From: Candidatus Latescibacterota bacterium
Lineage (GTDB): Bacteria; Latescibacterota; UBA2968
DNA: 64,000 nt
Reading direction: 5' to 3'
Assembly (NCBI GenBank): GCA_965208125.1
Contig: OZ242320.1
Coordinates: 5,408,001-5,472,000, forward strand
Notes under the pieces: generated by a model
Seen by the model: the letters and a program-made list of their open reading frames with translations, nothing else
Databases searched by the model: none
Told to the model about the DNA's origin: nothing
Translations under genes and position numbers: made by a program
Part shown: piece by piece, positions 48,680 to 58,555 of the stretch
Position numbering within the stretch: the first letter of the stretch is position 1
Layout: each line of letters starts with the position of its first letter

Positions 48680-50395
48680 CTAAAAGAGTATATCGAGCAT
48701 CAACCACACATTCAATTGGCGCTCTGTTTTTTTCTTTTCCGCCTCCTGGTGGATATTCCGGCTTGACAATAGGTATGGGATGTGGCCTTTCTCCAACCTC
48801 GTTTTTTTCAAAACCCTACTTGTGTCAGCATTGCCAAATGCAGGTGGTGTGGACTGTGGCTCTCGAAACGCGATCGATTGCATCATCCACACAGGAACGG
48901 CTTTGCCCTTGTGCTTCGCTGGCTCGAACCGCCATTGGGATAGCGCGTCTATCGCGGGCTGGCGAAAGATATTCACGCCTCTCAAAACGCTCACATTACT
49001 CACCGAGCCATCCACATTGACCATGAATTTCAAAAAAACTCTGTTATTGAGACCCGCGTTTTTGGCTATCTCGGGATATACAGGATCAACATCGTGCAGG
49101 ACTTCGGGCATTGTCTCAACCATATAAAAATCGAGAACCTCACTCGCATCAGCAGATATAGACAGTGAATCTACCATAGCCGTCTGAAACATCGCCGCGT
49201 ACTTCTCACCACTATCAGCATGATCAGATGTGGGAGACAAAGGCTGTTGTTCCGGTATGCGCTCGAATTTTTCTATTTTCAGGATTGCCTCCTCTGGAAA
49301 CACAGGTATAACATCATCTACAGGAATGGCCTCTCGCCAAATTGCGGGCTTTTCCCCGAACTCATCCAATTCCATAACCTCAACACTATTCACAGACGCA
49401 GGCGTCGGTTCCCCTTTTGGGACTATTGGGGAAGGGAGCGTATAGGCTTCTCGGATCGAAAAGGGCACAATCGCCAGGCCTATGAAAATGGGAATTGCCA
49501 ACTGCGATTTGGACCGTTTTACATTGCCCTCCTCGAAATTAAGGACATGCTCCAGGCGTTTCTTGAGCGCAGTTCCACGCTTATTGAAATACAGAGCACT
49601 CGGCGCAGGGCGTCTATCGACAAAACCGAATAACAACCGCCCGTATTCAGTAGGCGTCAGATTCGTCTCGCGCAACACGGCCTCGTCACAGCGCAACTCG
49701 CGCAAAAAATTCAGCCTTCGGTTCAGCAGCCAGACCAGCGGATTGATGCAAAACAACGCCATTGCAATCCCCTGAAAAATCAGCACCCAGATATCGCGAT
49801 TATCCCGATGCGCCAACTCGTGTGCAACAACGCCGCGCAACTCCTCAGACGACCAGGACGACCAATGCGATGGCAAATACAATCTCGGTTTTACAATACC
49901 CACCAGAAGCGGAGAACGCAGACTGGCTTTGGCATAAACCTTCACATCCTGAGCCTCGTCCAGCGATTCCACCTCCCTCGCCAGATCAACCGGCACTGCC
50001 ACACTGAGCGCGCGGTGAAACGCCGCATTCTTCCACAACGTCACGCCTGCCCATACCGCAACCGAAACACCCCACAGGCAAAACAGATAAAACACCAGCG
50101 GAAGTGGTGCAACTTGCACAGGTGCAACAACCTCAACCTCAGAAACCACATCGGTATAAACCGGCACAACCGGCACAGCTTTGGATACCGTCAAAAGCTC
50201 TGGCAGCGGAATGGCATAAAAAGGCGGCACAAATACCTTCGCCAATGCCAGCAAATAGAGGACATACCGCAATCGCGTATCCAGCGTCATCCAGCGATCC
50301 ACTACCCACACCAGCAAAATGAACAGCGACACCTCGACAAAATGCACCGCATAGAGCGACCACCACGCCTCGGCCAAACGGATCAATACATCCAT
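48680..50395 (-). CDS. BlaR1/MecR1-type M56 peptidase fused to TonB C-terminal domain (copy 1)
   Basis: SP...G...P.LYLP, HELAH...D, NPLVW, E..CD..V, L..R. TonB_C P.YP..A.....V...F.V..DG.V....W.F.PA. Confidence 0.9.
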   Translation of the reverse strand: MDVLIRLAEAWWSLYAVHFVEVSLFILLVWVVDRWMTLDTRLRYVLYLLALAKVFVPPFYAIPLPELLTVSKAVPVVPVYTDVVSEVEVVAPVQVAPLPLVFYLFCLWGVSVAVWAGVTLWKNAAFHRALSVAVPVDLAREVESLDEAQDVKVYAKASLRSPLLVGIVKPRLYLPSHWSSWSSEELRGVVAHELAHRDNRDIWVLIFQGIAMALFCINPLVWLLNRRLNFLRELRCDEAVLRETNLTPTEYGRLLFGFVDRRPAPSALYFNKRGTALKKRLEHVLNFEEGNVKRSKSQLAIPIFIGLAIVPFSIREAYTLPSPIVPKGEPTPASVNSVEVMELDEFGEKPAIWREAIPVDDVIPVFPEEAILKIEKFERIPEQQPLSPTSDHADSGEKYAAMFQTAMVDSLSISADASEVLDFYMVETMPEVLHDVDPVYPEIAKNAGLNNRVFLKFMVNVDGSVSNVSVLRGVNIFRQPAIDALSQWRFEPAKHKGKAVPVWMMQSIAFREPQSTPPAFGNADTSRVLKKTRLEKGHIPYLLSSRNIHQEAEKKKTERQLNVWLMLDILF

Positions 50396-50823
50396 TACAC
50401 GCCTCCTTCCTGCTTGCCTGCCTGTGCATCGGCAGACAGGCGCAGGTAAGTCTCCCTCGCCTCGATCAGCACGCGCAACTCATCCAACTCCTTCTGCGAA
50501 AGCTCACCTGAATCCACGAGATACGTTGCCAGCGCCCCAAAGGACCCTTCAAACATACGCGACACCAGCGTACGCGTCTCGACTTGCGCCTCATCTTCTC
50601 GCGACAGAGTTGGCGTGTACACATTCACCAGACCGATCTTTTGCCGATTGAGCACACCCTTTTCAAACAGAATATTCATAATCGTCTGCACAGTCGTATA
50701 AGCCTTCTCGCCATTGGGATACAGATAATCGATAACATCGCGCACCGTAACCTGACGGTCGAGATGCCATATGCCATCCATCACTTCCCACTCGGCCTCA
50801 GATAGTCGTTTTTTTGTAGCCAT
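50395..50823 (-). CDS. BlaI/MecI/CopY family repressor (copy 1)
   Basis: LS..EWEVM..IW, AYTTVQT....L..KG.L, F.GS...L...LV. Confidence 0.93.
   Translation of the reverse strand: MATKKRLSEAEWEVMDGIWHLDRQVTVRDVIDYLYPNGEKAYTTVQTIMNILFEKGVLNRQKIGLVNVYTPTLSREDEAQVETRTLVSRMFEGSFGALATYLVDSGELSQKELDELRVLIEARETYLRLSADAQAGKQEGGV
50409..50450. repeat. 42-nt in-frame palindromic insertion in blaI copy 1
   Basis: Absent from copy 2 at the identical flanks gcctcctt|tctccctcgc. Self-complementary cctgcctg...cagacagg. Confidence 0.85.
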
Positions 50824-50852
50824 AAAACACCCCTTGAAAAATTCATGCCAGA

Positions 50853-50896
50853 TACTAATCTTTTAGTAGTATGTCGAATATAGCAGAAAAAGTCAA
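50853..50896 (-). promoter_or_regulatory. Promoter + predicted BlaI operator (copy 1)
   Basis: TTGACT-N17-CATACT. Palindrome TACTAA-tctt-TTAGTA (50853-50868) lies over the -10 edge/start site. Confidence 0.75.
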
Positions 50897-50947
50897 GCGA
50901 AAATCTCATTCCGCCACAGAGTACACCAACTATAAGTGCCGAATATT

Positions 50948-51045
50948 AAAAAGCCGACGTACAAACATCGGCTTTTTCTAATCTATCAAATGTCTAAAAA
51001 TCAAAAGGCGATAGTCAAACTCATAGATGCAGACTCAAAAACCGC
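50948..51045. repeat. Direct repeat copy L (terminator + last 15 codons of the DUF5683-like gene)
   Basis: Matches 52217-52313. The 45-nt coding tail has 5 mismatches (AVFESASMSLTIAF* vs AVFEPAPMSLTIAF*). Confidence 0.9.
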
Positions 51046-51046
51046 T

Positions 51047-51949
51047 TTAAGTAATTATAATACGTCGCGGACCGATTGTCCTGCTCGCTGGTAAAACGGG
51101 CGCAGCCAGAAAAGGTGTGGTGCGATCACTGAGTTCATAAAGCGCCTGAACGCGTTCCTCTGTGGGTGGATGTGTGCGAAGCCAGCGCGGACTGGTCTTA
51201 GCATCGGATGTATAAATAAATCGAAAACGGCGTTGTAAGTGGGAAAAATAACGATTTGCCTGTTCCAATTTAATCAAGGCATTGCCCAAACCACCGGGAT
51301 CGCCAGTGAGCATCGCAGCATCGCGATCAGCGAGAAATTCTCGCGTACGCATCAGGGTTGCATGAAGAAAAATAGCGCCATAAGGTGCGAGGCTAATGAG
51401 CAAGATCAAAGGGATCAGATTTGTACCAATACTTAACCACGCGCCAGAGATGATAAGCAGAAAGACCAGAATGCCAAACAAAGTCGAAAGAAAAGATATG
51501 GCTTGCACAAATAGTCCAGCAGAAAGATTTAACAGGCTATCTCGGTTTTTAAGATGTGCAAATTCGTGTGCGAGAACACCTGCGATCTCACGTTTATCGA
51601 GCAATCTCAGCAACCCGGAACTGAGAGCCACAACGCCATTGCCAATGCCGAGCGCAAAGGCATTGGGCATATCCGAAGGATATATCGCAAGGCTGGGCGT
51701 CGAAATATTTGCTCGCGCGGCAAGGGCTTTTGAAATGTGGTGCAACTCTGGCATTTCCCATTCTGAAATCGGACGTGCGCGATGAAAGGAGAGGATCATC
51801 CGCGCAGATCCACTCACAGAAAACAGGTTGAATATGAGACTACCAGCGATAATAAGTACAACGCCAGTCCAGCCAAAAAGGGAATAAGCCACGAGGGCAA
51901 AAAGCCCCACGATACCTGCGAGTATTGCGAGGGATTGGAAGCGATACAT
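51047..51949 (-). CDS. htpX: HtpX/M48 family zinc metalloprotease
   Basis: PNAFA.G, GLL..L...E..GVLAHE..H.KNRD, RE..AD, THP..EER. Confidence 0.85.
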   Translation of the reverse strand: MYRFQSLAILAGIVGLFALVAYSLFGWTGVVLIIAGSLIFNLFSVSGSARMILSFHRARPISEWEMPELHHISKALAARANISTPSLAIYPSDMPNAFALGIGNGVVALSSGLLRLLDKREIAGVLAHEFAHLKNRDSLLNLSAGLFVQAISFLSTLFGILVFLLIISGAWLSIGTNLIPLILLISLAPYGAIFLHATLMRTREFLADRDAAMLTGDPGGLGNALIKLEQANRYFSHLQRRFRFIYTSDAKTSPRWLRTHPPTEERVQALYELSDRTTPFLAAPVLPASRTIGPRRIIIT

Positions 51950-52216
51950 TTTGATCTCCAGAGGGGTGGTGAATAGTTTGCTCCGGCTTTACCGAAATGA
52001 GAGAGCTAAAAAGGTTACTACCCTCAAATTATGCAAAGATCGTGCCTGAAATACCAATATGAATAAGATACTATTAATAAAAACCTTATGTTTTGAAGTA
52101 TGGAAGAAGATACAGAGGCGAATGCCAATATGACGGATCGAAATGGCAAAGAGTAAAAACGGCAGGACAAAATGTCGAGATTTTTGACTGATATACGCCT
52201 CAAAGTACCGCACACA

Positions 52217-52313
52217 AAAAAGCCGACGCGCAAACGTCGACTTTTTTAATCTAACCACTTTCAAAAAATCAAAAAGCGATAGTCAAACTCATGGGTGCAG
52301 GTTCAAAAACCGC
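52217..52313. repeat. Direct repeat copy R incl. terminator
   Basis: AAAAAGCCGACG-cgcaaa-CGTCGACTTTTTT plus the gene tail. Confidence 0.9.
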
Positions 52314-53030
52314 GCTATCGAACAAATTCAGAATCCAAATCGCACTGAGGACACCGATCAGAATATTCACCCGTTTTTCGCTGGACCTGGCCTCTCGATG
52401 GCGCGCCTCCCACTCGGTATAGCGCGTCCCATCATCATTTGGATATCGCTGATTTACATGGTGATCTATATTCGTCTGGTTGTAGCGATTGCGGGCAATC
52501 CGAAAATTTCGATACTGCAACCCCAGTACGCCAGATGTCGCAATCGCCGCACCGAGAAATGCATATCCCTTTTTCTTGTATCCCCGGTAAAACTGACCCC
52601 ATCCGGGAACAGGCAAAGACCGCATCGCAGCAAACAGGCGTTTGGTCTTCAGGCGGCGTGCCGCCTCCTCATTACGCAACAAAGCCCACCAAAACGTGCC
52701 GGGATTTGCATTTTCAAAATATCCCCGTTCCAATCGGTTATTCAATACAAACGCCTCTCGAAATGCCCAATCAGCATGCAGAGAATCCCCCGCCGCGAAA
52801 TAACAACAGCCGAGATCATAGAACAGACGCGCACGCGAATCTCGATTCATCGGCGTCAGTTTCGGTGAGAGTTGCGCCACACCCGGCACAGCCAACAAAT
52901 ACCCTATTGCACCTTCATAATCGCCCTGTTTGTAGCGGATCTCGGCCTCTCGAACATAAGGCGGAACATCCTCAGCACCTGCAATACCAAAAGCACCGAT
53001 AAGCGCGACAAAAACAAAAAGCCTCATCAT
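52269..53030 (-). CDS. TPR-like + DUF5683-like membrane protein
   Basis: Signal peptide, helical TPR-like N-half, AAMRSL..PGWGQFY, W..N..D...., terminal F. Confidence 0.65.
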   Translation of the reverse strand: MMRLFVFVALIGAFGIAGAEDVPPYVREAEIRYKQGDYEGAIGYLLAVPGVAQLSPKLTPMNRDSRARLFYDLGCCYFAAGDSLHADWAFREAFVLNNRLERGYFENANPGTFWWALLRNEEAARRLKTKRLFAAMRSLPVPGWGQFYRGYKKKGYAFLGAAIATSGVLGLQYRNFRIARNRYNQTNIDHHVNQRYPNDDGTRYTEWEARHREARSSEKRVNILIGVLSAIWILNLFDSAVFEPAPMSLTIAF

Positions 53031-53040
53031 ACTCTCCCGA

Positions 53041-54573
53041 TCAATTTGGATTTTCTTCGGCAAAACGCACTAATGACGCGGGCACGCTCTTAAATAGAAC
53101 AATATGATTTTGTGCATCCCATACATACACATCTTCAAACTCAGAAACAGCCAAACCCGCAGAATGCAAAATTAGATTATCCAAACCATCCCACTGCAAT
53201 ACGGATTGCCCGTCAGCATTAAAAACCATAACCCGATCTCGAGCCAGTACAAATACAGCATTAGGACCGCTGCCAACCCACACAGCAAAAACACCAGTGG
53301 GTAGCACAACCTCTTCCCAAACAGGATGCGAATTCAGGTGGCGCGTATCTGTTCGAAACACCTCTCCCTGTGTCGTCACCATCCAGATATCAGATCCCAA
53401 AACCGAAAGACTTCGGATCGCGCCTTCAATGCCTGTCTCATAAGAGCCAAGTTGGACAATAGTATCTCTATCAAATGCAAACATCCTTAAAATCTGTTCA
53501 ACACCTGTCCAAATTGTACCATCAGATGCAACCGCCATCACAGTAGGTAACTCAGAATCCGCAATGCGCCAGTCCTCGTATTGCCAGGAAATCGCAGAAA
53601 CACCATTCTGAAACGCAGAAAGTTGAACCTCTTTCGTCTCAGATAAGATACCGCTGAGCAGAACAACAGGAGATCCGGCAGAAATCGCAGCAACAGAAAG
53701 AGACCTCAATCGCAACCTTGCGCGGTTGGGCACGGGCAGCACGCGAGGATCACCCACATATCCCCTCTGATTGAGATCGCGCACGGAAATGGCATCGGAT
53801 GTAGCGAGCAACGCTATGGCGGGACTTCCAAAAGTAGCAGGCGTCAAAGCCACAAACACATTCGGTGATTCAACAATATTAAAATCAAGTCTCCGTTTAT
53901 ACGGGTGTAGAGACATATCGCGGCTTTCGAGCACCACATCGCGATCCATTGTATTCCGCAAGCGATACGTATATTTGCGGTTGCCCTCTATGAGCACATC
54001 GGTAAAACTCGCAACTGCGGGATCTTCAGACCGAAAAATTACCTGCGCCGCCGCATCATCTACAGAACGCAACAACTCATAGCGACGGAGAACGCCTGCT
54101 GGCAAATGCCAGTTGACAGTCGCTGTCCCCTTTTCGAGCAAAAAATGAATCGTTTCTAATCGCGCCCCGGGAATTTGCACCTCACCTGCAGGTGCTTCTG
54201 CTGACCGCAACCTGGCGGTTTCCGTACGCAGGATATAATTGTACTTTTCGCCAGCATGGATGGCAGAATCCACTATTGACATCATATCCCACACATCCGC
54301 ACGGCGGTTCGCTTCCCGCAAGGGCGCAGGCAAATTTTGCCATGAAAACGTATGAATACCATCGCGCTCAACGCGCCAGATTTGATAGCGCGCCGCAGGT
54401 TCAATACCCAGATATTCCCACTTGATTATAACGGCATTCTGATCCTGGTCATATCTCAAATCAAGAGGGTACACAATCGGCGAATTGGCCGGGTCATAAA
54501 CGAGATCACGTCGCGTATTACACCCGGCGAACAGCAAAAGACACAAGAAAAAATATGTGAGACTATTTCCCAT
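53041..54573 (-). CDS. Lipoprotein with FN3-like repeats and beta-propeller (copy 1)
   Basis: Lipobox LFAGC, W...Y...R...D......Y.Y.L x2, C-terminal GLAV...VYV.D. Start 54573. Confidence 0.65.
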   Translation of the reverse strand: MGNSLTYFFLCLLLFAGCNTRRDLVYDPANSPIVYPLDLRYDQDQNAVIIKWEYLGIEPAARYQIWRVERDGIHTFSWQNLPAPLREANRRADVWDMMSIVDSAIHAGEKYNYILRTETARLRSAEAPAGEVQIPGARLETIHFLLEKGTATVNWHLPAGVLRRYELLRSVDDAAAQVIFRSEDPAVASFTDVLIEGNRKYTYRLRNTMDRDVVLESRDMSLHPYKRRLDFNIVESPNVFVALTPATFGSPAIALLATSDAISVRDLNQRGYVGDPRVLPVPNRARLRLRSLSVAAISAGSPVVLLSGILSETKEVQLSAFQNGVSAISWQYEDWRIADSELPTVMAVASDGTIWTGVEQILRMFAFDRDTIVQLGSYETGIEGAIRSLSVLGSDIWMVTTQGEVFRTDTRHLNSHPVWEEVVLPTGVFAVWVGSGPNAVFVLARDRVMVFNADGQSVLQWDGLDNLILHSAGLAVSEFEDVYVWDAQNHIVLFKSVPASLVRFAEENPN

Positions 54574-57500
54574 ATCGAAACACAATTTCCTTTGCGACTT
54601 GCATATGTGCATTTAAGTCTTCCACGACAATTTTCACCCGGTTACGCCCCTGTTTGGCCTTTGTCAGATCGACAAACTGATAGATCTGTACGCTCGGCTG
54701 CATATCCACCTGTTCAAACGACATCGACACTTCGGGATTGACCTCCTGCCCAGTCAACAGCATTCGTAAACCCTCTACCTGTTCCAAAGCCGCAATCTGA
54801 ATCGTGACGCGATAGCGCGTCTGTCCAAATGCATCTGTCATCAGATTATAAACTTCAAAATACAACCCCATCTTCTGCCCGGCGAGAAATGCACGGGTGG
54901 GCAAAGGCAATACCCGCAAATTCTTTCGGCGAAAAGAGTCATCCACATCCGTCTCATCAATCTGCGCTGCCAGTATCGGGTCACTAATCTGCAATTCCGA
55001 ATCGCCATAAGGCTCAACCGCAATAACCTGCCGCAACAAACTGACGCGATTGGCACTGGCATTCTCTGCCTTCACCGTCAAATAATAAGTGCCGGGCGGT
55101 ACGGGTAAGGTCAACAAATCGGTCAGCATAGCATTCGAATCAGACAGACTGGCTTTTCGTGCAACTGTTCGACTCGTGCGAAATGTGCGGTTTGCGGCCG
55201 AATCGTACAGCGCAATAGCCAGCGTCAAATCACCTCTGCCAATTTTCTCTACATCCAGCGGAAAACCATAGACCACATCCACCCGCGTCTTGAAATCCGC
55301 CCCTCGCGCATCGGCCACATCGTAATAAAATTCCAACTCGCGCGTTTGCCACCACGGTCGGTATTGCTCTGGCATCTCGCCCACAGCCTGCATATAAACC
55401 GTTTCCGGCGCATTTTCCTGAATCCGCGTTATGGACCGCATCCCCAGCGGCTGGCGCAGCGGAATCGGCGCGAAATTAAAATGTCCCGACCCCATCTCAT
55501 CCGTAAATGTAATCTCCATCCCCCCGCCAACCGTCACATACACCCACGATTCCCAGGGGACGAGACTATTATCTTCCGCAGACGTGACGGGCAAATAACC
55601 ATCGCCCAGAATGTGAGAAATCCCAGATCCTCTCCTCGACATCAGATCAAACGAATCGGCGAACATCGCACGCGAACTCCGCACAGGAAACACTGTGCCC
55701 ACGAGTTCGCCTTCGTGTGGACGCGTGTACAACTGCGCGTACAACTCGTCTTTCACCTGCTGCACTGCAACGCTCATCACCCCGGGCGCGCGACCAGACC
55801 GCGAGCGATAATCTGGCTCGCCATAGCGCAAATACACCTCACCTCGCCGATCATAGGGATACGCAGACCCGGCAAAATATTGCCGCGCCATCCACACGCG
55901 CTGATAGTGTTCTTGCAATCGCTCATTCACTTCCGTAGTCGGGTCCTGATCCTTTTGTAGCCAAAATCGATCAATAAAATTTTGCTTCTCCGCATCGGCA
56001 AGCGCGTTATAGACTGCACGCTGTTCATCTGACAAAATAGGGGTTGGATCGACGTATAACGCCAACGTCATCGCATCAATCCATTTCAGGAACCGATCCC
56101 AATACACCGAAGCGCGCTCGTACTCCCCTGCCCGATAAGCCCATTGTGCCGCAATAGGCAACAAATTGAGTGCCTGGGGATGGCGTTCGATAAATGGCAA
56201 AATCTGTTGTTCTATCGCCTCCTGATCTTCCATACGCAACAACACAGTTCCCAGCTTTGTGACCGCATCCACATCATCCGGCTCCAATGCCAGATAGCGC
56301 GTATAATACGCGGCGGCTGTTGCATTGTGCTGGGGCAAAGCGTAAAAATCATCGCGCGCAAACCAGTCACCCAGCAACTGATATGGCGCGCTATACGACG
56401 AATCAATCGCAATCGCCCGAGACGCCATATCCACACACTGCCCCGTGCCAATATCAAAATACACCGACGCCATCTGGTAATACAAATCTGCGCGCGTCGT
56501 ATCCGCTTCTAGAGCGCGATAAAAATACGTGACAGCGCGCTGCCGCAGGGCTGGGCGTCGCGCATAAACCCGCCCTAACCCCTCATAAGCCAGTATCTCG
56601 CTATCGTCAAAAGATTCGGCCTCCAAAAATGCCTCTTCAGCATCGCTCAAAAGCCCGCGTTCCAGCGCAACCATACCTCGATTCACCCACCCCGGCCCGT
56701 CTTGCGGCTCCGGCTGATTGGCCCAGGCATCCGTTTGGGCACCCGATTTAACTTTTGCCAACCCTGCGACCAGATCCGTGGCAATAGTCTGCGACAAATC
56801 GTCAAATCGATCCTTGCGCCAGACGCGCCGCGCATTGGCACTGCCCGCCCACAAAATACGCCCAGAAGATGTATCAATCAGCCGCAGGGCAACCCCCACG
56901 GCATTGACCGCATTGTCTTTACCAGCAGCCATCAAACTACCGCATAAAACCGCATCTGCCTTATTCACCAACAACATCCGCTCCGCAGTACTCAGGCGTG
57001 CGCCTATTGGCATATCCAATCCATCAAACAACCCATCGCCTAACATACCCTCTCGGAGCAGTCGCTCATACCCTCCTACCAGCGCTTTCTGCGAAGTGCG
57101 CAATGGCGCGAATACCACCTGCAACGGCCATTCATCTGACCGCATCAGCCTCCCATGCCGATTGGCTTCCTGAAATCCGAGTTGCGCCATCAAATTGCCC
57201 AGTGCGATCTCTCCTATATCGCGCTGGGCATAGATCCACTGCCATTTGACATCATCCCGCGCCTTGCCCATCCAAACAGGTTCCCCAGTGTCCAAATCCA
57301 CAAGCCGCACATGCAATGTGCGCGTTCCGGCTTCAGAAACAAATCCGATCAACGCTCGATCCGCACGAGCCGCTGTTTTCAACAACAATAAATCATCGTC
57401 TTTCAACGCCTGTTTTGTCTCCAATATCCTCTTCATCCGACCCCGTGGAATCGTATCAGGCTCCACGAGTTCAAACCAGCGTCCCTGCCAAGCGGGTATA

Positions 57501-57682
57501 TCCCGATGGCGCATCAACTCATCCACCAATCGGTCAGCCATAAAAACCCCGTAATCGGGATCATTCTCCGACAGCAGCGGAAACACCGCCAGACGGGGAA
57601 CCGCTTCGCGCTGCGGCAACACCGCTTCACACTGCACCGCCACAGAAAACACGAGCAATAGAATTGAAAGAGAATATCTCAT
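54563..57682 (-). CDS. GWxTD-domain protein with CsgG-like domains and TPRs (copy 1)
   Basis: FW...D.DPTT..NE...EHY.R...A...F, RG.VY.RYG.PD, WE.W.Y, Ig-like C-terminus (PG.Y.L.V, Y.E.YNL). Confidence 0.8.
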   Translation of the reverse strand: MRYSLSILLLVFSVAVQCEAVLPQREAVPRLAVFPLLSENDPDYGVFMADRLVDELMRHRDIPAWQGRWFELVEPDTIPRGRMKRILETKQALKDDDLLLLKTAARADRALIGFVSEAGTRTLHVRLVDLDTGEPVWMGKARDDVKWQWIYAQRDIGEIALGNLMAQLGFQEANRHGRLMRSDEWPLQVVFAPLRTSQKALVGGYERLLREGMLGDGLFDGLDMPIGARLSTAERMLLVNKADAVLCGSLMAAGKDNAVNAVGVALRLIDTSSGRILWAGSANARRVWRKDRFDDLSQTIATDLVAGLAKVKSGAQTDAWANQPEPQDGPGWVNRGMVALERGLLSDAEEAFLEAESFDDSEILAYEGLGRVYARRPALRQRAVTYFYRALEADTTRADLYYQMASVYFDIGTGQCVDMASRAIAIDSSYSAPYQLLGDWFARDDFYALPQHNATAAAYYTRYLALEPDDVDAVTKLGTVLLRMEDQEAIEQQILPFIERHPQALNLLPIAAQWAYRAGEYERASVYWDRFLKWIDAMTLALYVDPTPILSDEQRAVYNALADAEKQNFIDRFWLQKDQDPTTEVNERLQEHYQRVWMARQYFAGSAYPYDRRGEVYLRYGEPDYRSRSGRAPGVMSVAVQQVKDELYAQLYTRPHEGELVGTVFPVRSSRAMFADSFDLMSRRGSGISHILGDGYLPVTSAEDNSLVPWESWVYVTVGGGMEITFTDEMGSGHFNFAPIPLRQPLGMRSITRIQENAPETVYMQAVGEMPEQYRPWWQTRELEFYYDVADARGADFKTRVDVVYGFPLDVEKIGRGDLTLAIALYDSAANRTFRTSRTVARKASLSDSNAMLTDLLTLPVPPGTYYLTVKAENASANRVSLLRQVIAVEPYGDSELQISDPILAAQIDETDVDDSFRRKNLRVLPLPTRAFLAGQKMGLYFEVYNLMTDAFGQTRYRVTIQIAALEQVEGLRMLLTGQEVNPEVSMSFEQVDMQPSVQIYQFVDLTKAKQGRNRVKIVVEDLNAHMQVAKEIVFRYGK

Positions 57683-57835
57683 TTCTGTAAACTTCCTGTC
57701 TTATCTCAAATGGTAAAAGCCATCACCCAACGAGCGGGTACAGATGCCTGTCCCTATATTGCATTGATGAATTGCTATACTGACGTTGCGCGATGCAGGC
57801 ATAGTTATTCCACATAGCGCGAATACGCATGGCAT

Positions 57836-57874
57836 AAAAAACGGCGGTGGTTCTTATGTCCACTGCCGTTTTTT
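57836..57874. terminator. Intrinsic terminator
   Basis: AAAAAACGGCGGTGG-loop-CCACTGCCGTTTTTT. Confidence 0.85.
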
Positions 57875-57898
57875 AATCATTGCAGCCAAATTTAAAAA

Positions 57899-58396
57899 TC
57901 AAAGTCGGAAATTTAATCCAACAGAGAAAGGTTGCTCAAGAATGCCTTCCGCCTTCGCAATGGGAATTGTCCAGAATGTGTTGAGATTCAGCGCAATCCG
58001 CTTATGCAAAGAAATAAGTGTCCCGATCTTTGGCTGAAAGAAAACACCGGTATTTGCAGGGCGATAAATCGTGCCACCCGAAAGCGTATAATAAAACCCG
58101 AACCGTCCCACAATCTTATGAACATTGCGGATACCCACACCAAGCGTAAACTGACGCCCTCCATCTGATTCCCCTGGAAGTTTGATTATCTGATCGCCAC
58201 ATGCCATTGCAACTTCCAGGCCAATAGATGGTTTCAGCCCCAGCACGCCCAATAACTTTACTCGAGATTGGTAACCATCAGCTGGCGAATTTGCAAATTC
58301 TCCCTCTACACCGACATAGTTGTGCTTCATTTCTTCGGCGGTAAGCGGACCGGACAGAAGCATCAAAAATATCAAGAAAAAAAGTAAAGTTTTCAT
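57899..58396 (-). CDS. Small outer-membrane beta-barrel protein (copy 1)
   Basis: Signal peptide, amphipathic strands, FSVGLNFRL. Near-identical to 62332-62829. Confidence 0.7.
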   Translation of the reverse strand: MKTLLFFLIFLMLLSGPLTAEEMKHNYVGVEGEFANSPADGYQSRVKLLGVLGLKPSIGLEVAMACGDQIIKLPGESDGGRQFTLGVGIRNVHKIVGRFGFYYTLSGGTIYRPANTGVFFQPKIGTLISLHKRIALNLNTFWTIPIAKAEGILEQPFSVGLNFRL

Positions 58397-58555
58397 CCTG
58401 GGTTTCTCCTTTTCAGATTCGGCGATTCGGGTTGTCGGACGGTATTTAGGCTGAGATATATACCAATGAGGATTATTCTTTTTAAACCCAGGTATAAGAG
58501 TTAAGTTGAAAAAAATAGAAATGGCACTTCCTGCACAAAAACGACGGAAGACATC

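Noticed and set aside
48680-50823. Beta-lactam resistance locus
   Set aside because: No penicillin-binding sensor domain or beta-lactamase; the sensor region is TonB_C.
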